From contig OZ234493.1 in NCBI GenBank assembly GCA_965153455.1, positions 36,322,213 to 36,386,212 on the forward strand: 64,000 nucleotides of DNA, read 5' to 3'. The translations under genes were made by a program, and so were the position numbers. A model generated the notes under the pieces. That model searched no databases and was not told the origin of the DNA. It saw nothing but the letters and a program-made list of their open reading frames with translations. The number at the start of each line of letters is the position of its first letter. The stretch's first letter is position 1. This DNA is from Sphagnum compactum. Its lineage: Eukaryota. Below, piece after piece: positions 36,150 through 48,800 of the stretch.

Positions 36150-38800
36150 AAAGTATGATGCTTAAGTCAAAAGCATCTATTTCCAAAATAAATGGTTTAG
36201 AAAAGTTGCATGAATCAAAAGTGGGGTAGTCATCAAAAAGTTTTCAAAGATTGAACAACAAATTCCATTTTAGATCCCCAAACAAAAGTTTGATTTTTTT
36301 GAGTTAGGTGAAAGGTGGGGCCATAGTCAAGGAATAATGTACAATGAAGCATTAATAAAAGTGGACAAATTTTTTAAAGCATTGAACATCATGAACAAAA
36401 GCTAGGGTAACCCAATTCGCAATGGTTTGGACCTTATGAAAATCCATGCAAATGCCATCTCCGAAAAAATATACTCGTAAACTTCCACTTCAATTTGATG
36501 GAATTCACATTTCTTCAACTTAATGTAGAATCCAACTTCTTAAACTTTTCCAAAACAAATTGAATGTCATTAATGTTCCTTCATGTTCTTGGAAAAAATG
36601 GGATGTCATCAATGTAACAAACCATGGAATCATCCAAATATTCATAGAAAACATCATTCATCAAATGTTGAAAAATAATAGGTGCATTAATAAGGCCAAA
36701 AGGCATCACCACATATTCAAAATGGCCATAATAAGTTCAAAATCAATCTTTTATTCATCACCTCCTCAAATATGCACTAAATTATATGCACCACATAACA
36801 ACCTGGTGAAAACTTTAACATGATTTAATTGATCCAACAAACCTGATATCATAAATAAAGGGTTTTCGATATTGATGGTGAGTTGATTTAGTTCACAATA
36901 ATCAACAACATTCATAAAGAACCATTTTTCTTCTTGACAAGTAAGATCAAAGTGGCAATTAAAGATTTAGAATGCCAAATGAATCCTTTATTGAGATTTT
37001 CGTCAATATACTCTCAAAATGCCATTAATTCATCTTGGGAGAAGTTGTAAATGGGTCCAAATAAGGGTCATGCTCCTTCTTCAAGGTCGATCGCACAATT
37101 GTATGTTTGATGTTTAAACAACATGTCAACATTTTTCTTTTCAAAAACATTTTTGTATGTTTGGTATATTAGAAAAATCTCATATATATTAAAAGAACAT
37201 ATATCAAGAATGCATTTCCTTTTTTAATAGCTTACATGAAATCTCATCTTCCCACAAACAAAAGCTTTGAATGTTTAGGTCTTTGCACACTTTTAGGCTT
37301 CTTATCACACACAAGATTTTGTATACATGTATCAAGTTTTGGATTATCTTCTAATGCACCTAGATGGTAATCTTGATTTTCACCAAACCAACCTATGGGC
37401 AAAGCCTTGCATTTTGATGTTTCTTCCTTTGGCACTTCAAAATAGGAATTCCTTTTATTCCAATCCATTTGTAAACTGTGTAGAATGAACCAAATAACCC
37501 AATGATGGGTTTGTTGGAGATGAAATGACATTGAAAACAATTTTGCTTCAACGTGACCCAATGGTAATCTCCAATGCCTTGGTTTTATGCATCAAAAATT
37601 CTAAAAAAGACTTCAATCATCAATAACCTCCATTGCCATCAACATGGTCTTCTTCATTAGGGGCAGTTTAAGTTGTCACACTAAGTCCTTATCAATGAAA
37701 CATGCAAATGCACTAAAATCAAGCACAACTTTAATCTTCATTATCATAGGCTTATTACATTTGATTGTGATTGGCAACAAAAACAAGGTGTTGGGTTTGA
37801 AAATAGGTTAGGATCATTTTGATCACATGATCCATCGAGGTCCAGTCTCACATTGCTTACTAAGACTAGATGTCTTCATTTCCCAAATCTTCAAGATGAG
37901 GGGTGTTGATAGAAATGGCCTTAATCAACGAGTTATGTGTTACATTTGCTTCTTTGGACAGTTGTTAGTAATGTGACCTAATTATTCAAAATACAAACAT
38001 AATTTGTTTGTAGTTCATCATTGGTTTTCTTGTTCCATGAATGGTTTGAATCGCATTTTATCAATTTGCATGGAATCGTCTCTTAATGCATATGCCATCA
38101 ATGGGGATAATTTGGTCAACATGAAAAAAAATTATAGTGGTGACAACTCCCAACATGTTTCCTAATGTCATTCAAAAAACCTTTTGTCACATCGGATAAT
38201 TTGGGCAATGGCTTGATTCAATGTCATAAGATTTAACATTGTGATCAATAAATCTTTGACATCACTAAGTAATCCAAATCAGAATTGACACATGAATGCA
38301 GCTTCATCCCACAAAATGTCGCATGCCAATTGTTAAAACTTAAATGCATACACAATTGTTAAACGAGGTCGTTGGCCACACAATCACAACTTGCTTGTTG
38401 ATGTGCACTCCTTGTCTAAATCTTCAAAAATGGTATTAAATTCTTCAACAAAATTTGCTTCAAATTCATTCAACAATGAATATTGACACTCTAACGAAAA
38501 TAAATCACACTAAGTTTGTGCCTAATAGCAACGTTCCAATAAGACCAACTTGGTTTAGGCCACTTGGGTAACAATGTGGGTGCAACTGAATGACTAGATG
38601 CACTTGGTTGAGAAAACCTTGAAACTTTGAACACATCCCATCAAAACTTGTCAAGAAAACTGATTTGTGATTCTTTTGTTTAGGGTGGTGTTATAGGAAC
38701 ACACCCCAATGATGTTGATGTTTGCATACTTTGGAAATGAACAATGGACTTATGAAGTGATTAATTTTCTTGTTGCATGAGTCCAAATGCAAAAGGATTT
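36150..38800 (-). mobile_element. Decayed Ty3/gypsy LTR retrotransposon internal region (gag, zinc knuckle, protease, RT, start of RNase H)
   Basis: Minus-strand remnants in canonical order: FDGMCSKFQGFLNQV (gag, about 38600), LCLYFE*LGHITNNCP (CCHC, about 37980), VLDFSAFACFIDKD (protease, about 37700), FGPIYNFSQDEL...EYIDENLNKGFI (about 37000), [17 protein letters not shown] (RT, about 36680-36730), FYIKLKKCEFH (about 36510) and KPFILEIDAFD (RNase H, about 36170). No LTRs identified. Confidence 0.88.
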
Positions 38801-39399
38801 TTTCTATGGATGTGACCATCTTTTTTTTTGGTGTTAACATGATTATAGAACACATAAAATGTGACTTTTACAAGAGGTGGGTGATCCACAACCTCAACCA
38901 CAATTCCAAAACAAAAACAATCCACAATATCAAAAAATAATAATTATAGTTTGAAAAAGAAAGGAATTCATACTTAACTCCAAAAAATAAAACTTTGTCA
39001 ACGACAAAAATATATGTAGAATGGGAGTTTGTTCAAACTATCATGGGCATGAAAACTATGAAAACAAATGATGGAAAGATAAACATAAGTCTAAATCCAA
39101 ACACAAAAACATAAGAACTAAAGCAAAACCACAGAAAGCTAAAAAAAAAGCGCATGAAATGTGCAAACAAAAGTGCAAACAAACCTTTATTGAGATAAAA
39201 CATGAAAACGTAAACACAAAAATAATAGAAATTGTTATGAAATAAGATCATACTTCAAACCAGTGTTAAAGAGACTAAACGTAGTGGGGGTCTTATTTTC
39301 TTATTTATATCCCTATGGGGACCTAGCTCAATGAAGATTCCATAGAGATTTTCATATGCCCACTAAAAAGGAAATATTCTTAAGTGGCCTTCTAATTAC

Positions 39400-39900
39400 A
39401 AATAATTATTGGTTATTTTAAGTTATTTTTGTTTAAGTCGTTTTAAATTATTCCATGTTAAGTTATTTCATGTTATTATACCTTACATTATTTTTGGTTT
39501 ATTTTTGTTATTATATTTTAGGCTATTCTCAACTATTATAAGTTATTTTACTTTAGTTTATTCAAGCTTTTTTTTTAATATTCTAAGTTATTCCACCTTA
39601 AATTTTTTTAAATAAATTTTTTTAGGCTACTTTAGGTTATTGTATTATATTCCATGTGATTTTAAGTTGTTTTATCTTATGTTATTATAACTTATTATAA
39701 CTAATTATCAAATAGCTTAAAATATAGCCTAAAATAACCTAATGAATAATTTTAAATAACATAGGGTATAATTTAGTATATTTTTAAAGACCTTCAAGTA
39801 TAACTAGGGTATAATTTAAAATAACCCAAGATATAATTTAAAATATTTTAGGTTCAATATCCTAAAATAAACTAAGTTAAAATAACTTAAAGTGATGTAG
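39400..39900. repeat. AT-rich low-complexity repeat with foldback symmetry
   Basis: The left half is rich in TTATTTTAAGTTATT/TTAGGTTATT units and the right half in complementary AAATAACCTAA/AAAATAACTTAA units, switching near 39700. Confidence 0.6.
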
Positions 39901-41329
39901 TCGACAATAAAACATCATCAAAAGAAACTTATTTATTATAATTAATTATTTCAAATATCACTTAATTATGTTAACTAATAGTGAAACATTTGATAATTAC
40001 ATAGTGAACCTTTAATAATAACACTTAATCAAGGTGAAATGATTAAATGGGATGAACTTATTTCACTTTTAATGTCTTATAATGATTTAAGCTAATAGAC
40101 TACACTCCCTTTTGTACTATTGTTTAAACATTAATGCCCCAATAGTCACAAACATAGGGTCAAAATGAACAAGATCTTTTGTAATGTGATTAGACATGTC
40201 CCACCTCCTTTAACCTAACATGTTTCCTTGTAGATTGTCTTTCTTATGTTGTAACTACTTTTGTGTTGAATCAACTCATGGACATTGGTTACTTAGCAAA
40301 GCATTCCGTATTGCCATGACCAGGAGCTTGAAATTAAGGGATGAAACTAAAATTCCACCTTCTGTAAACAGTTTGACGAAGGATAATAATGGAGTTGTTT
40401 TTAAATTAACAACCTGGGGCCAGATCTAACATCAAAAACCTAAAGCCAGATCTAAGGGTTCTTTGTTTATGAAAATTTCAAAAACCCAGAACTGCAGGTT
40501 ATAACACAATCAGAGAATCTTCCCCTACACTGGTGTAAAGGTGTAAACCTGCCAAACTTTATTGCAATAAACCATTTCAACAAGATGAGAATGAGAGGGA
40601 CAAGCGAACGACACAAGTCGCATTAAAATCTCGTCAAAATCAAAATAGTCCACATAGTCAAAGAGATGACAGAAAACACACCTCCTAGTTGGGTTGGTGG
40701 CGATGTAACCAATTGTTTGCTTCTTTTTATTTTGCTTTAGAGAAATGTTTAATCCCAGGTATCTTCCCTGAATCAGTGCAAAATGCACTTTCTCCTAGTT
40801 GACACTTTAAACAATGGATATATTTTGTCTTCTTGCCTAAGGACAAAACACAGAGGACAAAGAAACCAGTTGAAATTTTGTGAAGTTGACATCAAATTCA
40901 ACCACGAAGTTTGTCATTTGTCTTAAAGATAACAAAGCTGGAATGAAGTTGAAAACTCAACTAGGAGCTCATTCATGACTAGCTCATGATTCGCTCAATG
41001 AGATCAAGTCCAACTCTTGTCAGAAAAAAAGGACAATGTTTGGGAGTTTTTTTGACTCCCTAGTACGAACATTAAAAACTCTCAAAAGACAATTTCAACT
41101 TTTGTCTGCCAGAAGTTGAAAAGTTTGGGTGTACTGTACTTGTCAGAAAGGCAAAGGCGTCAACAAAGAGCCAACAGCGGTACTTCCGCTTTTACACTAG
41201 TATTCAATGTACACCGCCTGAATGTGAGAATTCCAACTAAATATTGGTTGATAGTGAAGATACAAAATACCTATGTTTCAACCAACACATAAGCATTAGA
41301 TCAATAATTTGTTTTGCACCTCTAAATTC

Positions 41330-41562
41330 GAATCCAAAGTAAGAAGGGGTTTGTCACACTGTGGCCTTGCCATTTATACTAAAAAGTATCTCAACTTGGC
41401 AAAAGAAGAATTATGGAAACTCAAATATTTCAACAGAAGCCAAAATATCATCTTTCAAAAAACCTCATATAGACCTATTACCTAGGGGCCAAAATCCCTT
41501 CTAATATACTCCATAATGAATCTAAACACAATTTCCTTGCCTTGGTAGGCAAGGCCAATAAA
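41330..41562 (-). repeat. Dispersed repeat copy B (inverted copy of 32827-33148)
   Basis: TGTCACACTGTGGCCTTGCCAT...AAGCCAAAATATCATCTTTCAAAAA...ATAGACCTATTACCTAGGG...ATAATGAATCTAAACACAA...CCTTGCCTTGGTAGGCAAGGCCAATAAA. Confidence 0.85.
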
Positions 41563-44500
41563 ATCTTGGAGTATTTACAGTGTATGCTAAACATTTTCAT
41601 ATTCTTCTAACAATGTTAGAATTACAGAGACTTAGTTTACATACTTCATCCTAATGAGCAAATGTGACAACATACCTAACGTAATGAAAAGCTTGCTAAA
41701 TCTATGGCTTTGAACATAAAGAGCTACAGACTTGACCCCAATACACTTGAAATACACTTCTTTTTGCCTTGATCTTTTTGCTGTGATGATGAAGGGATTC
41801 CAAACCATAGGTGTAGCATGAAAATGATCAAATTGCTTCCAAAATCCCATGTCTAGGGTATGTGAAGATTGATGATGCATAGTACTTTGAGTGTCCAGTG
41901 ACGTTAGAGATGCCTCCCAAGTTGTGGGACCTCTTCCTCCACCAGAGTTTTTGCACAATTTCATCCTTTTCCCCACATGTTTGGCATCGATCAGGGCAGC
42001 AAATCTTATTGGTACCTTTGGTTGAATATAGATCTCTGATTGGAGTAATGCTTCTCACAAGACATTGCCAACATGTCTTACAAGCGTTTCCTTCTCTGCC
42101 CCCCATCTGACATGACATTTAAAAAATCACGTTACATTTGACAACTCAAAAAAATTCACCAAAACTGGAAATTCCAAATTTGGTAGGTTTAATCTAGTGA
42201 TTTTTTGGGGCAATTCTTCTTGTCACACCAAATATCAAAAGCGCCCTCCAATCCGTATTATTCACAATATTCCACATGAAATCATGGTGCATCAATTTAG
42301 CAAACGAGAAAATAACATATAGTGTAGTCCCAATACACATGGACATGGATGTACCTGCATTAAGACTATGGGTTTGCAGCGTTAAACATTATAGCATTAA
42401 CCAAAGACTTAATATTTTTAAACATGACATCCCTTAAACCTAAATTACTAACAGTACACCCATCCAAATAGTAACAAGTTGAATTCTGTAGAAGACATTC
42501 AAACCTTGTTGGTTTTGGAGACCTTGAAACAATACAAAGAAACAAAGTATCACTTGGATTAATGGTGGTAATAATCTCTTGCAATACAATCGAAATTGGC
42601 TTACATGGAAGTATGTGGATTGCATTTGACCAGAAGTCACTGGAAAATGAAAGCATGAGTCAGCTAAAAATGAAACCATGAAAGTAGGCCTCATCATATT
42701 AACAAGTGGTTCATATATTTGACCCAGTTTTTTCTTTGGTGCGAGCACCCTCCAATTTCACCTTTCACTGTAACAGGCACTTCTGGCTAGTGTATTTTTT
42801 CCTTTGGGTAGTGCAGTTTTTATCTCAGGGATGTCTCTTTTACTTCCCTTTTCTCAACAGACAATATTTGTGTGATGGGCATTGACGTGTGGAAAACCAA
42901 CCTTAGCTAAGGTTAGCACAGTACTAGGTAAGGTGTTCCACAATATGGGTATGGTAGGTTGCATTGAGCAAAATATATGCCAGTTTAAGAAATCTGGATA
43001 CACCATGTGTAAATGGTGTGCTTGATGAACACCCTTGACACACATTGAATCAGTGCATGTTTAGCACACAATGTGTGTATCCAAGGAATACACCATGTTT
43101 GCACATTCTCATCCCTGGCTTTAAGGAAAAAGGGGTTGTGCCAAATGATTAAAGTGCACTATACTTGCAAGCTAACTGCAACTTAGAGAGCAACAAGTGG
43201 AGCCACAAGCTTAAAATCGTCGGGGTTTTTTGTGCTTATAAAATGTTGTCAATTTACAGGAGGAATGGAATCTGCACTTTGTCATTAAATCTTGGAAAAG
43301 GTTCCTCACAAGTTGAGAAGAATCTCCAGCTATGAAGCCCAGACTGAGGGAGTCCAGCCTGGTTGATACTGCAGAGTACCATTAGTTGCAGAAAGAAAAC
43401 TACCTTACATTGAAACGGAAGAAGAACACCACCAACCAACTGAAAATACTTTGGTATAAGCTGGCCTCTCAGTTACTAATAATGATCCTTCCCAAATTCG
43501 CAGTAGCTTTCATTGAAATTCCTCCCAAACTGCAGGAAGACTTCATAGTTGGATGGTAATGGCAGGTAGCATTGTGCACACTAAAAGCATCTCAATCCAC
43601 AGCAATGTAAGTGGCCTATACACAATGCTTTGCATGAAATATAACCTTTATATAGCATGAAATAGAATTGGAACTTGTAAATATGCACATGATACAATGA
43701 TCTCCAATATAATGGCCTGTACAGAAGTACACAATACTTTACACAAAATATAGCATTTTCTTAAAGTGAAATTGAGTTTGGACTTGTAAATATGCGTTAG
43801 ACATTATGATTGGCGCAAGTGGTGACATTAAAATATTCTCTCAATTTATACAGTCCAATTTTTCATGTTTATGGGTGGAGATGGGGAAATAATTAATACT
43901 CTATATCAGATGTGGTAAACATTGCTTGAGACTAGAGACCTAGAGGGGGGTGTAGGTGGAGATGCTCTAAGACACTACCTATCAAGGCAATGTGAATGTG
44001 TTAAGAAGGGTTAATTAAGGTGCCAATGATGCTGGCATGTTTCATGCCAAAAGTCTTGGGAAAGTTGGTCACAAATTGAGAAAAATCTCCAGGTTTGGTG
44101 CTTCAGCATCTTGTGCCAAGTTGCTAAAGATTCAAGATCCCTTGTAGATGGAGGGGGGCGGGCTTTGATTCATACCTCATTTGGCTCTTGTCCTTTGCCC
44201 CTATAGGAAAGCTGTTTCCCAATGTGCTGTCCTCCTTAGTGCTGGGAAGGCCAAGACATTACATACTCCCCCATGGAACTTCACTGGGTCAAAGCAGCGG
44301 CCTGTGCAGCTCCCTCGTGGTTCTGTCACAGGTCGGACAGGTGTTGGTGGAAACTATATTTCAAACTACATTCAAATCCAGTTGCAAATAGTATCTAGAT
44401 ATATTAGCAACAAAACTCAATAACTTAATTTTTTTGGTAACATGACAAAGCAGAATATGAGATTCCCATGCAGAACACACAGTGCAAGTGAGCAAGAAAT

Positions 44501-45845
44501 GCAACTGTGAAAAACCATGTGGAGTGTGGCTTTCACCCTGTGAAGTTCGCTGAGGAGTATATTGTCCTGCCTGGCAGGGGTTTGTTAGGAAAACCCCTGA
44601 CCCACCCCCTTGGATGCTGGCTTTTGGAGTTCAATTTCTGAATTTCCAAAGCACCTTGTCACTGCATTGAACCGGTGTTGTTCTATGTTTGGGGATTTTT
44701 GTACTACGAAGCCTGGTATGTGGCAAGACCCTTAGGGCAAAGTGCTGTTCCATATGGCAGCAGCTAGTCTACTGCCAGGGATTATGTAACCCAGCACCCA
44801 CCAGGGTGCACCATACATTGGAAACTCGTTATGACTCAGTTGTGGATGGATAACAACTGAGTTATTAAAGTTCCACTTTCGTAACATATCCTGTAGACCC
44901 TCCTATTTCCCCCTCATACTACCTATGTAAGTGGGTACATATTATAGGCAAGTTTGGTGGGGAATTAAGTGGTTATCACCTAGGTAACTAAATAGCTAAT
45001 GCACTTGATGACAACCAGATAGGTAGACACATGTAGATGGTTAGTACCAAGCTAAAAAGTAGAAAATCTAAGGTACTTTGTCAACATAACAAATCCACGC
45101 ATACACCAATGAGGCCCATGACTCGAAAGTTCCACCATTCTTGAAACCAATATCTGCACAAGAGGCATGTCAATCCAGAGTGTGCTTTTTTTTAATGCGA
45201 TCCATGGATCTTCCTACATTAGACAAAGCCCAAAATGTTATTGGCCTAAATTGTGGAATCAGGGATGTGTTAAGATGATAAACTTTCCTACATTACACAA
45301 AGCCTGAAATGTTATGGACCTCAATTGTGTGATCAAGGATTTGTTAAGTTGACAAACAACCATTCGGCGTTGTTTTCTGCACACAGCAACAGGAAACTCT
45401 CTTTGGCTTTCATGAAACCTACCAAAATATTTCTTCACATTCCTCCTTGGAAACAGAAACAAATTATTCTCTCCCTATTACATACAAAACTCCCTTATCA
45501 AGTTTCCTATATTCTTAACATCAAGCTTCAGACTATTAGATCCTCACAAAGCACGAGTTGTCCACTCAGGCTACCACTTACTGCATATCAAGGAAACTGC
45601 CTTCACCTAACAATAGCTGCAGTACTTCATTCATATGCGAAAATGCATTCACCAAGTAAGAGCAAAGGAATGGCATTCACTTCATTCAGAGTAATGCCAT
45701 TTGTGCATCCATAATGTGGAGGCGCAAATGGAGGTACACCTTCCTCTTGAAAGGCATCTACACAAACTTGATAGAAACAGAACGTTTCAGGAAAACGTGC
45801 ACATCAAGTATAGCAGGCTCAGAAATCCTAATGGAACAGCTTTGA

Positions 45846-48800
45846 TCATCCATCATTCATGCCAGGTGTCATGGTGGCACATTTGTCAACTTGAAAGATT
45901 CGAAGGTCATCGATGGTTGAGCAGTCTTTGATACACAGGTTATGTTCATTTGCCAAGTGCAGTAGACATAGAAAACATATGTGCACAGAGATGTCTTCTT
46001 GGGCAGCTGCTGGACAATCCTCCGGTAGGACATCCAGCAGTTCTTGGAAGGGAATCCCCCCTTCATCCTCACCAGTATCTTCTGCCTGTTAAAGCACAGT
46101 AACATCAAGTGAGTAACGGATTAGGCTTGTGAATTTCATGGGTACCTTAGTCATCTCAGCTGGGTGATTCCAAGGGCTACTAAGCATAAGCTTTCATACA
46201 TTTTTCATTAGGGCATTTGAATGGTTGGATACATTATTCTGATGAACACATGACCATCTCAGCATCTGTAGTCTGAGAGTGGCCAATATCAGAATACGTG
46301 ATGCTTTAGAGTACTTGCTCCAGCATTCTGCAGGATCTATCTAACACTACCAACAAACAAACACAGCACACATATCCAATCATTCTTCCAAACTTCACAG
46401 AATCCTCTTGAAGTGTCACCAAAGACACCTTTTTTAGCAAGACTGAACACTAAACAGTATTTACCATATCTGCAGAAATTTGCTTGTGTTGAAGCCCTTC
46501 CCACAATGTTGCTTTCAGCATATGCACATCCACTTGCTTCGATGTCTTGTTATAATTGATGCTGATCTTTTGGACCTGTTTTCAAGCAATGATGTGATGA
46601 GTTGGCAGCAAAGAGAAGAATGTGGAGCAGCATTACACAAGAAGGATGAGAATATGATGTATTTTGGTGCAGAGTTCAAATCAGGCTGCATTATGTCAGG
46701 AACAAGCACCTTGGGTGGTACATTTATGAGTTCATTCTCAAAAACATCATCCACAATGCCATAGTCATCATCATCAGGCCAGTCACCATCAAATGAGGGA
46801 GCCCTTTCATCATTCCCTGAGTCCACCTCATAATCCTCCACACTAAGTTGCTTTGACCTTATTCCCTCTGCAAAAGTTTTAGGTGTTATCAGTGCTCTAG
46901 TAATGGGAGCATGATCTACATCAACTAGACACCACTGCATTTGCAAAACATGACAAATGGAAATAACATGAAAACACACCAAACGTCATTCTACCACATT
47001 TAAAACACAGTACAGATTAAATAAACCTTTACCTGCCTTTTGTCTCCGCCACTTTCCAATGCACTGCAAGTGAGAGCACATCAAGGATCAGTGGACTCAT
47101 AGGCAGGGAACCACATGCACTCATGGGTATCCTTCTGTGATCCGATAGTGATAAGAATATTGCCAGGTGCTTAAAAACATCTGTGACACAGACTTTACCA
47201 AACCCTAGGGGCTGCTGGGTAAAGACTGCAAGCACAACAATTGTGCACTTGATGCAAGCAATTAGGAATAATTAGATGCATACATCACCACCTCCAGCCT
47301 TTGCACTAACAGACATCCAGAGGAAGGCAGCAAGAGGAAATCACATCTGAGGTGATAGGCAAATGGAGGATGGCACAGCACATGTACTTGACACCAAGCT
47401 TTCTATGCACTGGTGGTCATAGACCCTGCACTTAGATTGGACAGAGGAATGACAGTGTCAGGAATAGTGGTCACTACCAAGGATGGGGAATCTGGAGCAG
47501 CTCACTGCTTATGAGTCTTCTTCCAACAATCCATGCATTTTAGACAATAGGTGAAATGACATTACACATCACAGTCCTCATTCCATTTTAATCCCTTGTG
47601 AGTGGAAAAAATTTAGCCAATGCCAATGCTTTGTGTCTCACTTTTTGAACCACATTTTGTATATGTGCATCCTGGTCATAAGTTGACAAGAATTCAACTT
47701 CCAAGATACATTTAGAAAGGCAGAAAATGATATTTTCCTCATCGCTCACCCAAATAATGCCCCTGAGGCTTTGATCGACACCTTGATCAATGTGTGTACA
47801 TGTCTACATATCTGTGCATGTGTACATAGTACATACATACATCCCACACACATATATATGTAGCAACAGCGAGAGAGAAAGAGGGAGGGACAGGGAGAGA
47901 GAGATACCTGGACAGAAGACTGAAGGAAAAGGCTCACAAGATTCAGAGGTTCATAGTGCAAGTCTACTGGAAGAAGTGAACTAAAAGAGCCTCCACGATG
48001 CACCAAGAGTGTTGAGTTAGGCTTCTGTGGGGGCTCAAATTTAGACATATCAAGTTCTGCTGGATTCTCAAAATCAAGGAAAAAACGTTCACATTTTTTC
48101 CTCTTTTTCTTTGTGCCTTCAGTGGATTTGACTTCCACAGTGGCTGTACCTAGTTGAGCATCTGTTCAGAACCAAGTAGTCAAAATAATTGTGAAAGTTG
48201 GGGATTTGTGAAAAAGACTTTCTGGAGAACAGAAGCAGTTGTTAGTGAGAAAGTTAGAATTTGAATAAAGACAATAAGCAACACCTGACAGACTAGGGAA
48301 ATGCTACAAAAGAGAACACTATAGAATCACAACCTCATGATTCTTTGCAAGAAATCAAACTTTCTATGCCATTCTGGGAAGAAGAAAGAAAGTTTTTCCT
48401 TTACCCCTAGGTTTTCGGTACTTCCAATGGTTTGGGCCCGCCCATGCATTCACTTGGGTGGACTGACCCAGGCTAGCAGTTAGCCAGTCAACCAACCCAT
48501 GACTCACAGAATCTTCACCCCCTGGGTTGTCAACATCCCCATCACCCAAATCTTCCTGCAAGAGTGAAGGGAGCACAGGCAGGAAAGAATGTCAAAATTG
48601 TATCCTCAACAATATCTGGAGGCTAGAATCTAATAGAAAGAAAGAGCTTTTCACTTAGATGGAATTGGATAAATGAGGGAGAACTAAGGCTCAAGAGAGG
48701 ACCACAACTTTGAAAATGAATTACTATTTCAGTCTGTGCAAAACAGACTTCATGGAATTTGAAATCAGAAGCAAAAAGAAAGTTGTATTTCCAAAGTTTC

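Noticed and set aside
41600..45800. Scattered short ORFs between the repeat block and the CAP-H 3' end
   Set aside because: No motifs or consistent exon chain; treated as intergenic or UTR sequence.
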